A stretch of 64,000 nucleotides of DNA, taken from sequence record OP729297.1, one strand, 5' to 3'. The notes beneath the pieces are model-generated. The model was not told the DNA's origin. It ran no database searches and saw only the letters and a list, made by a program, of their open reading frames with translations. The translations under genes and the position numbers were made by a program. Below, in pieces: positions 1-8,628 of this stretch (position 1 is its first letter; the number at the start of each line of letters is the position of its first letter).

Positions 1-310
1 GAGTTTTGATGTTCTCGGCGACAGGGCTATCGAAGCGTTTAAAGAAGATCGAATACGACACGTACTTGCTCGCTCCCCACTCGTCGATCTTTTCGAGTAA
101 CGCATCAGGGTAACAAGCGATAGGCTCAGAAGTACCTGGCTCAATATAGAAGCAGGTGTTAGCGCCAGTCTTGCCGACGATATACATCTGGCCTTTGATT
201 TCCACAGAGTAACGCCAGTCGAACAACGAACGAATCTCAGGCTCGTGATTCGCTTCGGTCGATAGCGCTTTTTTCACTTGCTGTTTTAAAATAGAAAACA
301 GGTTCATCAT
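1..310 (-). CDS. Hypothetical protein, partial (runs off the left edge)
   Basis: Manual translation MMNLFSILKQQVKKALSTEANHEPEIRSLFDW... open to base 1; starts 4 nt after the stop of the 315..578 gene. Confidence 0.6.
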   Translation of the reverse strand, partial: MMNLFSILKQQVKKALSTEANHEPEIRSLFDWRYSVEIKGQMYIVGKTGANTCFYIEPGTSEPIACYPDALLEKIDEWGASKYVSYSIFFKRFDSPVAENIKT

Positions 311-314
311 GCCC

Positions 315-578
315 TCAATCTGCCAACACGTAGTTGGTGTGCAGCTCGGATGCTGTGATTGCATCGAACTTACCATCTTCGCGTTTTATTGCATAGTTGC
401 CAACTGCCACGTTCGCAAGAGTGGGCTTGCCGTACTGGTCAGTCACACCGATTTGAACGTAACGCCCTACAACGTAACCGCTGCCGTTGAGAAAGTTATT
501 CATCTCCTCAACGTTCTCACCGTTCCACTGACAGGCTTCAATCACTGGAACTCGTTTTAACTGAAAGCGATTAATCAT
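315..578 (-). CDS. Small hypothetical phage protein
   Basis: 87-aa ORF with IEACQWNGEN motif typical of small phage proteins; tight operon spacing. Confidence 0.7.
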   Translation of the reverse strand: MINRFQLKRVPVIEACQWNGENVEEMNNFLNGSGYVVGRYVQIGVTDQYGKPTLANVAVGNYAIKREDGKFDAITASELHTNYVLAD

Positions 579-590
579 CGTGCCCTCGCG

Positions 591-1211
591 TTATTGCTGC
601 TGGCGCTTTTCAAGGAACTCTCGCACCAACCCTGCATAGTTGTGATACATGCTGCGCTTCACACCGAGTTTGTGTGCTGCAACAATCATTGACGGACTCG
701 ATAAGAACTTAGGCGTATCGTCCAGTTCTTCACGCGCGCCGTGTTCATCAAACTCCGAGCCTGACGCGAACCGCACTGACTTATCAGCGATAATAAATTC
801 GTGGTCAAGGTCGAAGTGTTTGATACGCCCAGCGATGCGTCCGAGTTGCCGTTGCTTCTTGTAGATGTTTACAGAAATTGAGGAAGCAACAACAGGCGTT
901 GAGCCACACTGCAAATCATCGCAGTAGATGATGTTATGGCTCTGACCGCATTGATCAATCATGCTACGTGCAACAAGAGAGCCTACGTAACTACTGATCA
1001 GGAACAGGCCGCGATAGGTACCCAGCACGTTACCGATATGTTTCTCGATCTCCTGCGCTTCAAAGCCCATAGACAATGAAGGATAAGGAGCATACTGAGC
1101 GCGAATGCGCGGATTGTTTGGAGCGTGAGTGCGGCAGTTGATATTCGACTCACGCAATTTCTCAGCTACATAATTGCAGCCTACGCCACCGTCAATGATG
1201 TGTACTAACAT
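591..1211 (-). CDS. Hypothetical protein, possibly a degenerate Asp/Glu racemase (MurI-like) fold
   Basis: ATG 1 nt after upstream stop; IIDGGVG resembles MurI VFDSGVG; APYP ~ FPYG; LISSYVGS ~ VACNTAS; FLSSPS ~ ILGCTH; Ser replaces both catalytic Cys. Confidence 0.4.
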   Translation of the reverse strand: MLVHIIDGGVGCNYVAEKLRESNINCRTHAPNNPRIRAQYAPYPSLSMGFEAQEIEKHIGNVLGTYRGLFLISSYVGSLVARSMIDQCGQSHNIIYCDDLQCGSTPVVASSISVNIYKKQRQLGRIAGRIKHFDLDHEFIIADKSVRFASGSEFDEHGAREELDDTPKFLSSPSMIVAAHKLGVKRSMYHNYAGLVREFLEKRQQQ

Positions 1212-1212
1212 G

Positions 1213-2082
1213 TTACGTCCTCGTTGACCAATCACGGGCAACATCCATGATACGCTTGCGCCCGTTGAAGTTGATCTCAGGATTATCCAGTAAGCGTTCG
1301 AAGTACGCAGGTACTCCAGCTTCTGTTTGATATCCGCGATGTGGGCGATGCCCTACAATAGCGATGTGGTCAGCCCATGCTTCTGTAATAGGTTGTTTCT
1401 GCTTAGGCTGATTGAGTTCCTGCCATGTGTACTTGATGAAGTAATCAAATACTTTCGGCTGCATCCACGGGTTAACGTGAACGAGGCCGAAGTGGTCACA
1501 CAGCATTTCGTGTTGCAGCATACCGCTTGGGTTATACCCATCAACACCGAGAGACTTCTTACCGTCTTTGATCCACGGGCGGAAGTATTCGGTGCGGTAC
1601 GCGTGATACTTTTCAGCGACTGAGTGCGGGCCACTTACTTTCTGAATGTGTGTATTGCGGTTATACAGGAAGTAACCGTCGGCCACCAGACCACTGAGCA
1701 CATACTTAAACCCAGCTTCTTTGATCGCCTTGTAGCAATACACCATAGGGTACGCACACTCATAGTCACGCTTCTTAATGCAGCGAAACTTTTTATGCAG
1801 CGTCTTCCAGCCCTGAGCAATAGCACTGTCAGACGTAGGCACTTTGACGAGCGTGAACTCCCAGCCCATCTTCTGTGCGACGATTGCAGCGTGTTTGCTA
1901 TCGAAGCTCTGGTTGTCGCCCATCTGGAAAGTAAAGGCATGGACCTTCATGCCGAGATCGTGCGCGGCGAGTGCGCTAACCAAACCGTCGAGGCCGCTCG
2001 AAAGCAGAACGGCCACTTCTTTGGCTTTGACCTCTTTCTTTACGTGCTGTTCAAACAGCTTGCGAAGAGGATGTTTAGCCAT
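1213..2082 (-). CDS. Asparagine-synthetase-like ATP-dependent amide ligase (synthetase domain only)
   Basis: PP-loop LLSSGLDG; LSGLVADGYF ~ LSGEGADELF; no N-terminal Ntn glutaminase domain; start MAKHPL overlaps upstream gene by 8 nt. Confidence 0.8.
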   Translation of the reverse strand: MAKHPLRKLFEQHVKKEVKAKEVAVLLSSGLDGLVSALAAHDLGMKVHAFTFQMGDNQSFDSKHAAIVAQKMGWEFTLVKVPTSDSAIAQGWKTLHKKFRCIKKRDYECAYPMVYCYKAIKEAGFKYVLSGLVADGYFLYNRNTHIQKVSGPHSVAEKYHAYRTEYFRPWIKDGKKSLGVDGYNPSGMLQHEMLCDHFGLVHVNPWMQPKVFDYFIKYTWQELNQPKQKQPITEAWADHIAIVGHRPHRGYQTEAGVPAYFERLLDNPEINFNGRKRIMDVARDWSTRT

Positions 2083-3130
2083 TGGACTCGCTCCTGCACA
2101 TAGCCTCTCGTTCAAGTCGATCAGCAATGTCAGCAACGTAAGACAGATCGCGCGATGGGTCGAACACAGGCATCGAGTACAGGTCCTCCATCTCGCGCAT
2201 AGCATCGTCTTGTTCTTCGATAGTCAGGTCGCTTTCAGAGAAATTGACACTGATACCGAGATACTCAGGAGTAAGACCGTGAATGGCCGCTGCGTCCAGG
2301 TTAGCAGTCAATTCGAATGTCAGGTCAGGCGCACGTTTAACACCGAGCTGGTTCTTACGGCCCCACGCATGACACATGATGAAGTAGTCAGGCTGCGAGC
2401 CAGCAATCAGGCTCATGCTGCCACCAGTATACGCTGGGTGAGTAATAGCACCCTGACCTTCGATCAGATACACACGATCAGCAGGACCATCTGGAGATAA
2501 AGACTCAGCAGCACCTGCAAGGAAGTCAGCCACCAGCGTATCGTTGTTGATGCCGCAGTTACTGATCAGAAAACCAGTCTGGCCAGTAGAGCAGAATACG
2601 GTATCTGGATGACGAGCCTTAAGCGCGTTAAACAGAGTCAGCGTCGTGAACTTCTTACCGCAGGAGCTATCGGTACCAACAGTCAGCAGACGAATGCCTT
2701 TGCGCTTCTCGCCAGTACCGAGAGGGTACGCATCAGGACGGTGGCGGAAGTCATACAGCTTGACGTTATACTGTTCGGCCAACGCAACGTACTCGGCATT
2801 ATCAGCCAGACGATTGTGCATAGCGGCAGCTACGTTCAGGCCACGATAGATAGCACTGCGAATAGTGCGGTCCATGTGCTCGTCAATCTTACCGCCGAAC
2901 GGTGCACAGCCGATTACCAGAGTACGTGCATCTGTGGCATGGACGCTTGCGATGTTGACGTGAGGCACATCAGGGAACAGGCCGTTATCGTCGGCAACAA
3001 CGCAGCAGACTTTCTCTGACGCCCATTCGATTGTGCCTGAGGCAACTTTTGCCTGAGCACGAGTTTCACAGTTGCCACAATACATGGCGAACGGTTGAGG
3101 GATGTTATAAATATCACCACTTACGCTCAT
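2075..3130 (-). CDS. DUF1611 family protein (DgcN-like N-acetyltransferase)
   Basis: Family motifs IPQPF, LVIGCAPFGG, AAAMHNRL, LLTVGTDSSCGKKFT, STGQTG, IEGQGAITHPAY, GSQPD. Confidence 0.85.
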   Translation of the reverse strand: MSVSGDIYNIPQPFAMYCGNCETRAQAKVASGTIEWASEKVCCVVADDNGLFPDVPHVNIASVHATDARTLVIGCAPFGGKIDEHMDRTIRSAIYRGLNVAAAMHNRLADNAEYVALAEQYNVKLYDFRHRPDAYPLGTGEKRKGIRLLTVGTDSSCGKKFTTLTLFNALKARHPDTVFCSTGQTGFLISNCGINNDTLVADFLAGAAESLSPDGPADRVYLIEGQGAITHPAYTGGSMSLIAGSQPDYFIMCHAWGRKNQLGVKRAPDLTFELTANLDAAAIHGLTPEYLGISVNFSESDLTIEEQDDAMREMEDLYSMPVFDPSRDLSYVADIADRLEREAMCRSESNG

Positions 3131-3141
3131 TTCGTTTTACC

Positions 3142-3912
3142 TTATTTGACTGCGATCCATCCAGCAAAGTTCAGGTCGCGGTAGAAACACTCTACACGGT
3201 CGAAGCCAGCTTTACGCAGCAGTTCTTCGTTCCATGCAGCTTTCACAGGCACCAGTACGCCTTCGAGGGACTTACGCTTAGCCGCAATAGATTCTTGCGA
3301 GTAGCCGTTATCGCCTTTCATGCCGTAGTAGGTGTCTACCAGCAGACGGTCAAGGAAGTTGTCGTCACCCAACACTTTCTCAACCAGAATAAACGCGCCG
3401 CCTTTCTGCAACGAGTCGTACACTTTCTCCAGGATGTGCTGACGGTGTTCAATCGGCGTGAACTGTAGAGTAAGCACAGACAGAATCAGTGAGCACTCAA
3501 CCTGCTCGTCGAAGCGGAACGTGTCTACTTCCACCAGCGACTCACTACTGATCTTCGCTTTAGCCGTTTTCAGCACAGGGTTTTCACGCAGACGCTCAAG
3601 CATCGCAGGCGCGACTTCGTAGCAGCAGTACAGGTTACCTACTTCACGGTCTGGCTCAGGACGATCAGCAGCGTGAAGATACAGGTACTCGCCGAACTCT
3701 GCACAGAACGGTTCGACAGCACGACCGAGTGATGCACCAAGATCGACAATGGCCGAGCCGGGTGTTACGAACTGGCGACCAAGACGGTACGTCAGGTCAC
3801 GCATACGGTCATACGATGGGATTGAGTTTTGCAGCATGTTATCGAACACAGAAGCTACTGGCTCATTGAACTCCCAGCGACCTTCTGGCATTGTTTTATC
3901 AACGTTGCTCAT
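3142..3912 (-). CDS. cmoA: CmoA-like carboxy-S-adenosylmethionine synthase
   Basis: Colinear with E. coli CmoA: WEFNEPVASVFDNM, DLGASLG, LTLQF, GGAFILVEK, NGYSQESIAAKRKSLEGV (Arg equivalent to R199), AGF. Confidence 0.85.
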   Translation of the reverse strand: MSNVDKTMPEGRWEFNEPVASVFDNMLQNSIPSYDRMRDLTYRLGRQFVTPGSAIVDLGASLGRAVEPFCAEFGEYLYLHAADRPEPDREVGNLYCCYEVAPAMLERLRENPVLKTAKAKISSESLVEVDTFRFDEQVECSLILSVLTLQFTPIEHRQHILEKVYDSLQKGGAFILVEKVLGDDNFLDRLLVDTYYGMKGDNGYSQESIAAKRKSLEGVLVPVKAAWNEELLRKAGFDRVECFYRDLNFAGWIAVK

Positions 3913-3963
3913 GATTGGATTTCCGTTATTTGTTTTGACGCTCGAAATTACCGTTCGCAGTTA

Positions 3964-4725
3964 TTAAACGCGAAAACGGCGACCGTTAACCGTACTGCGA
4001 GTTTCAGAGGGATCACTGAACCCACGAGTAACGTCACGTGGAGCGATAGAGCCGTTGAACACAGGAGTAAGGTCTGCATAGGAGCGAGGCTCAGCCAGTT
4101 TCTTACCAGCAGCGGCCGCATCTGCTTTTGCTTTCTCACGCGCTTTCTTTGATGCGACGATGCGTGGATCAGTATAGAGTGGCTCACGCTTCATGCCGAG
4201 AATGGACATCATGCGATGTGGGTGCGCCTCAGCAATCTCACGAATCTTATCCATCTCACCTTTGCGTACAGCCATGCGAAGAATAGATTGACCAGTTGAG
4301 ATCTCAGACGTAGTGCCAACACTCACTAGACGACGGCGACATTCACCTAAACCGAACCACGCGTCAGCAGACTTCCACACCGAGTAATCACCACGAGCCA
4401 GTTGGCCGAAGCGTTTGAGTTCAAGGAAGCGGAACTGCCAATCACTGCCATACAGATGAATAGCGGCAGCGATATAGATCGGTTGGATGTTGAGAGACAG
4501 ACCAATCTCCACAGCGTTATACGAGGCAGTACAGAAAGAGCCGACCTGCGAAAGACAGAACTCAAAGTAGCGATCTGAGTCAGCGCACAAATCACTTTCA
4601 GCAGACTTGCTGAGAATGCGAGTGCGTCCGTCTTTCATAAGTCCCTCAAGCATCTCACGATCAGGTGAGGGCCGAGTATAATCCAGTCTGTTTAAACGGG
4701 CTTCAATTTTCTGCACAGTTATCAT
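3964..4725 (-). CDS. Hypothetical protein
   Basis: 253-aa ORF overlapping upstream gene by 4 nt. Confidence 0.7.
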   Translation of the reverse strand: MITVQKIEARLNRLDYTRPSPDREMLEGLMKDGRTRILSKSAESDLCADSDRYFEFCLSQVGSFCTASYNAVEIGLSLNIQPIYIAAAIHLYGSDWQFRFLELKRFGQLARGDYSVWKSADAWFGLGECRRRLVSVGTTSEISTGQSILRMAVRKGEMDKIREIAEAHPHRMMSILGMKREPLYTDPRIVASKKAREKAKADAAAAGKKLAEPRSYADLTPVFNGSIAPRDVTRGFSDPSETRSTVNGRRFRV

Positions 4726-5066
4726 GGCACGTACTCCGACAGCTTATCGTGCGTTGTTACACCCGCAAGGAAGTCACATGCAATCAGCTTCAAGCGGAAA
4801 ACAGTTTTGTCTTTCGGGAATGCGTTAGCATCCAGAGTACGGAAAGAACAGCCGTAGCGAATGCGATACAGGCCTTCTTCCGTCTGAGCGTACAGGACTT
4901 CATTTTCCTGAATCGCTTGAATTACAGGCACCGCCACTCCTGGCTTAACTTCCACCTGCACTGATTTCGTTGCTTCTTCAACAACGACGCTTAAAATAGA
5001 GTGTTGGCCACTATCGGTTCCATCTCCGTAAAAGAGCCAATCAAATCCGCGTATTGTATTCATCAA
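4722..5066 (-). CDS. Hypothetical protein
   Basis: 114-aa ORF in tight operon. Confidence 0.65.
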   Translation of the reverse strand: MMNTIRGFDWLFYGDGTDSGQHSILSVVVEEATKSVQVEVKPGVAVPVIQAIQENEVLYAQTEEGLYRIRYGCSFRTLDANAFPKDKTVFRLKLIACDFLAGVTTHDKLSEYVP

Positions 5067-5078
5067 TACACCCCAGAG

Positions 5079-5672
5079 TTATTGCGCAACGCCCCGCACA
5101 AAGTTAGTGTTGTAGTTGCGTGGTAAGTATGCGTACATGTTGAACTGGTGCTTCTCACAGATAGCATCAAGGACGACACATACTTCTTCCCACGAAACCC
5201 CGCCGAGTCCGCCATAGAAACGCTGAATAGCGATCTGTCGGTCCAATGCAATGTTCAGTTTGTCTGCCTGCTCCAGCAGGTCTTCGAACGCCCGCGTCAG
5301 GAACTTCTCACTGAAACGATTGATAGGTTTGTGATAACCTTCCGAAGAACCATTCTGGCCGAGACCGAAACCGCGAGCGATGTGCATGTTGGCCACAAAC
5401 AGATTGCGGCGGTGCTGAGTGCCCACACGAACCATGTGCGTCTTACCGATAGTGAGTTCGTGTTCGTAGTCGATTGATTCGACCTTGCGCACAACCTCTG
5501 GGAATCGACGTGCAATGCTCTTTTGAATGGGACTACCGTAAGCACCACGAGCGTTGCACTCAACGCCGATAACGCGGAACTTACCTTGAATGAAGTCAGT
5601 AACGAGATTGCCCTTCTCAACGGGGATTACTCGAAACTGCTTCGGAGCGTAACCGATAGCAGACAAATCCAT
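5079..5672 (-). CDS. Macro domain protein (Poa1/DarG-like, divergent)
   Basis: GNL..DF, VECNARGAYGSPIQKSIARRFP, IAIQRFYGGLGGVSWEEV match the macrodomain pattern. Confidence 0.7.
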   Translation of the reverse strand: MDLSAIGYAPKQFRVIPVEKGNLVTDFIQGKFRVIGVECNARGAYGSPIQKSIARRFPEVVRKVESIDYEHELTIGKTHMVRVGTQHRRNLFVANMHIARGFGLGQNGSSEGYHKPINRFSEKFLTRAFEDLLEQADKLNIALDRQIAIQRFYGGLGGVSWEEVCVVLDAICEKHQFNMYAYLPRNYNTNFVRGVAQ

Positions 5673-6214
5673 TACTTCTCTCCCGAGTTATACATCTTAT
5701 TGTACAGGCTATTTACAGTTTCGATATCATCCACCAGGTTTCCGGTGAAGGCTTCACTGTTCCCTTTCTGAATGCTCCACGTAAGGCCAAGAGCATCCTC
5801 GCCAGGGTAACCACTCGGCAGGAAATTCAGCACCATGTCTTGCAGCGAATAGCAGCGAGCAAGGTACAGATATGTCATTGCCATTACCGCACTGCCCGGA
5901 GTTGTGGCCATGAGTGCGATATAGATTTTAACGTCTTCACTGACTTTGATGTGTGGGTACAAGTCAGTATTGAAACGGCGGCAGATCAGGTCGTACATAC
6001 GGAGTTCTTTGCGCAAATCCTCAAGGAACTCTTGCAGATTCAATCGATCTGCGGTCACAGTGTCTTTGTCACCCGAATCTTCGGCAGCTTTCGCCAATCG
6101 CTTATAAATAGCCAGAAGCAGTGCTGCATCACCATCAGGATTGACAGTGCCCATCTTGAACGCGACTTTCGCCGCTCCGTACCATTTCTCCAACTGCGTA
6201 ATCTTATCCGTCAT
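5672..6214 (-). CDS. Hypothetical protein
   Basis: 180-aa ORF, stop overlaps next start. Confidence 0.7.
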   Translation of the reverse strand: MTDKITQLEKWYGAAKVAFKMGTVNPDGDAALLLAIYKRLAKAAEDSGDKDTVTADRLNLQEFLEDLRKELRMYDLICRRFNTDLYPHIKVSEDVKIYIALMATTPGSAVMAMTYLYLARCYSLQDMVLNFLPSGYPGEDALGLTWSIQKGNSEAFTGNLVDDIETVNSLYNKMYNSGEK

Positions 6215-6224
6215 GATATCCTCA

Positions 6225-7253
6225 TTAGACGTGTAATAGATGCGGTAGACCCAAGCGTTTCATAGTTGCTTTCAACGCTTTTATATCAGGTCTGCCTGGC
6301 GCGAACGCTTCGATCTTGCGAGGCAAAGTCGGAACGTTACGGTCGATAGTTACAAGCTCCATTTGCAATTCAATATCCATTGAAGGTACCTTGCCTGTCA
6401 GTGCTTGCGCCCAACGAGCATTCGACTTCAACTTGCCGCTCAACAACGCATCTCGAAGTTCGAGCGCGCCGCCATAACGGTGAATGAACTCGGCCGCAGT
6501 CTTTTCGCCAATGCCCGGAATCCCTGGAACGTTATCAACGCTATCGCCGGAAAGTGCCAGCATATCAATAACGCGATCCGGAGGTACGCCAAAGAATCCT
6601 TGAGCAGTTTTAAGCGTGAAGCGACGCTCGGCTGCATTAGACTGCGCTTGCATGATAAGCTCAACGTTCTTGTGGTCCACAAGTTGCACGTAGTCTTTAT
6701 CACGCGAGTATAGCTTGACCAGATAGTTGTGCTTGAAGCGATCACTCAGTGTGCCTACAAGGTCATCACATTCGTAAGGCGCTTTTATGCCAACGTAGTA
6801 CCCAGCCATTTCAAGAATACGCTGCGCCAGTTCCATTTGCACAGGGAGTTCGACAGTCAGCGAACGATCTCGGTTGCCCTTATAGTCGCTCGACTTCTTG
6901 AAGACCTCCTTAACGTATTTCTTTTTGTTCTCGGCAGCCCATTGTTGAATCGCACGGTAGCGCCATGTTGCGGAACTGCTTGGGTCGAAGCACCACGCAA
7001 TGTACGCACCGTTAGGGTCTTTCGCCGCAATATCAATCAAGTCTTTCGCCATGTTCATGAACTGACGCAAGCCATAGTTGGGCGTACCATCTTTGGCATA
7101 GGTCGGATTCTTGTTTGTGGCAAAATACGCTCGGCACATCCAGTTCGAGGCATCAACGATATGCAGCATAGGCAGCTTACCGTACTTGATTTTCATCTTC
7201 GGTGTCGTGCCAGCAACGGGAGTTTTCCCGATAGAGGCGAACGATCTACTCAT
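6225..7253 (-). CDS. 5'-3' exonuclease / flap endonuclease (Pol I N-terminal type)
   Basis: IVDASNWMCRAYF, WCFD, YKGNR, YECDDLVGTL, YSRDKDYVQLV, LSGDSVDNVPGIPGIGEKTA; start MSRSF after GGAGG. Confidence 0.9.
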   Translation of the reverse strand: MSRSFASIGKTPVAGTTPKMKIKYGKLPMLHIVDASNWMCRAYFATNKNPTYAKDGTPNYGLRQFMNMAKDLIDIAAKDPNGAYIAWCFDPSSSATWRYRAIQQWAAENKKKYVKEVFKKSSDYKGNRDRSLTVELPVQMELAQRILEMAGYYVGIKAPYECDDLVGTLSDRFKHNYLVKLYSRDKDYVQLVDHKNVELIMQAQSNAAERRFTLKTAQGFFGVPPDRVIDMLALSGDSVDNVPGIPGIGEKTAAEFIHRYGGALELRDALLSGKLKSNARWAQALTGKVPSMDIELQMELVTIDRNVPTLPRKIEAFAPGRPDIKALKATMKRLGLPHLLHV

Positions 7254-7747
7254 TGTTCCTCCGCGAATACGAGAGAACGGCCTCGACCGCGTTCGCGTAG
7301 CGCATGATGAAACCCCAAGCCGCAACAGAACATATCAATCGTGTCTGTATCGACTTCGGCAATCTTCGACGTCTGGGCAAGCTCATGCAGATAGCTATCA
7401 CCAGCACAGAAGTAACGAGCGAGTGGATCGACAACTGCACCACCGCGAACGAACTGTAGAACGACCTGACCTGTGAACGTAAGTGTCCTAAGGTCAAGTT
7501 GTGGAGCTTGCGAACAGAGTTTGAAGTTGCGCTTAAAGAGGCGTTTCAAGGCGTAAGCGGCGCCGGGGCCGTCCGTAAACAAAATAATCTGACAATGTTC
7601 AGGAGCAGCCGATAGGAGAACTTTCAGTCCTTCCTTGTTTGAGGAACGAACGAAAGCTGTATCGAAGGGAGGTACTCGTTTCGGCTGCTTGAAGAAAATG
7701 CGATGCCTTGCGCTATTAGGACTTCCGTCCACTGAGTTTGTTTCCAT
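7250..7747 (-). CDS. Hypothetical protein
   Basis: 165-aa ORF with overlapping start and stop codons at both ends. Confidence 0.7.
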   Translation of the reverse strand: METNSVDGSPNSARHRIFFKQPKRVPPFDTAFVRSSNKEGLKVLLSAAPEHCQIILFTDGPGAAYALKRLFKRNFKLCSQAPQLDLRTLTFTGQVVLQFVRGGAVVDPLARYFCAGDSYLHELAQTSKIAEVDTDTIDMFCCGLGFHHALRERGRGRSLVFAEEQ

Positions 7748-7950
7748 TATGCCACCAAGAAGTTATAGAGTGATTCTACTTCCTCATTGTTAAGGGCAGC
7801 AAGCAGACTACGTGCTTCGTCGTCTGTCTTGTTAGTAAGGAACTTTGCTGCATAAGCCACGTTAGTATCAGCAAGATTCGTGAGGACCCGAAGGTCCTCA
7901 CGACAGACGTTAATCGAATTCTTCTTCGTCGGCTTCAACGGAATCATCAT
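7747..7950 (-). CDS. Hypothetical protein
   Basis: 67-aa ORF, stop overlaps next ATG. Confidence 0.55.
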   Translation of the reverse strand: MMIPLKPTKKNSINVCREDLRVLTNLADTNVAYAAKFLTNKTDDEARSLLAALNNEEVESLYNFLVA

Positions 7951-8296
7951 CTTCGTCTTCGTCTTCTTCTTCCATGTCTTCGCCAGTCAGCATACAGTTG
8001 ACGATGGCCATGTTACCGGCAACTACAACGCTGGTGATCACGATCTGTTTCGCTTCTTCGCGCTCTGCTTCTTCCAGCAGTTGCGCTACGTCGGCGTAAA
8101 TCAGTTCGGCTTCTTCTGGATCGCGCACGTCATCGACGGTCAATTCAGAAGGCGCAGTCGGCCAGGCTTCTGCCAGCACTTCTTCGACTTCACGCGCAGC
8201 TTCTACCGCGTCAGGATCGTTGTCGTCAGCGGGCTGAACGATGAACACGAAACCTTCTTTTTGATCGATAACGCGATGCGGGAATAATCCACTCAC
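7910..8296 (-). CDS. Acidic hypothetical protein
   Basis: 128 aa with D/E-rich C-terminus. Confidence 0.7.
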   Translation of the reverse strand: MSGLFPHRVIDQKEGFVFIVQPADDNDPDAVEAAREVEEVLAEAWPTAPSELTVDDVRDPEEAELIYADVAQLLEEAEREEAKQIVITSVVVAGNMAIVNCMLTGEDMEEEDEDEDDDSVEADEEEFD

Positions 8297-8628
8297 GATG
8301 TACTCTCCTGATTTTGATTGTAATAAACGATGCCCCCATTATTAGGGAATAAGGCATCTAGTGAAAGGCTCTGTCTATTTACAGATTCTCTCAGATTGAT
8401 CATACACGTAAAACACCACAGTTGAACATCCAACGGTGCGGTGTGGTCCGTGATTACTTCCAGCTTTGACTGGCCGTCAATAACACCATTAACGATGTTG
8501 CACTCAACGACAGTCATTTCGCCACTACGATCAATCTTCAACCCCAAGCCATAATCGGTAAAGATTGGGTGGCGATAAACAACCACCCCCTCAGTACCGT
8601 CAATTGGACACGTTGAAACGTTGTACAT
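8293..8628 (-). CDS. Hypothetical protein
   Basis: 111-aa ORF translationally coupled to the portal stop. Confidence 0.7.
   Translation of the reverse strand: MYNVSTCPIDGTEGVVVYRHPIFTDYGLGLKIDRSGEMTVVECNIVNGVIDGQSKLEVITDHTAPLDVQLWCFTCMINLRESVNRQSLSLDALFPNNGGIVYYNQNQESTS

Noticed and set aside
1213-2205. Longest-ORF starts from the track (also 7325, 22804, 25717, 28484, 39176, 48227, 58769, 59618)
   Set aside because: Extensions overlap upstream genes and lack homology or RBS; internal starts are better supported
3964-4725. Candidate CmoX DNA carboxymethyltransferase next to cmoA
   Set aside because: No C5-MTase motifs (FxGxG, PC, ENV); the partial ORF at 1..310 also lacks them
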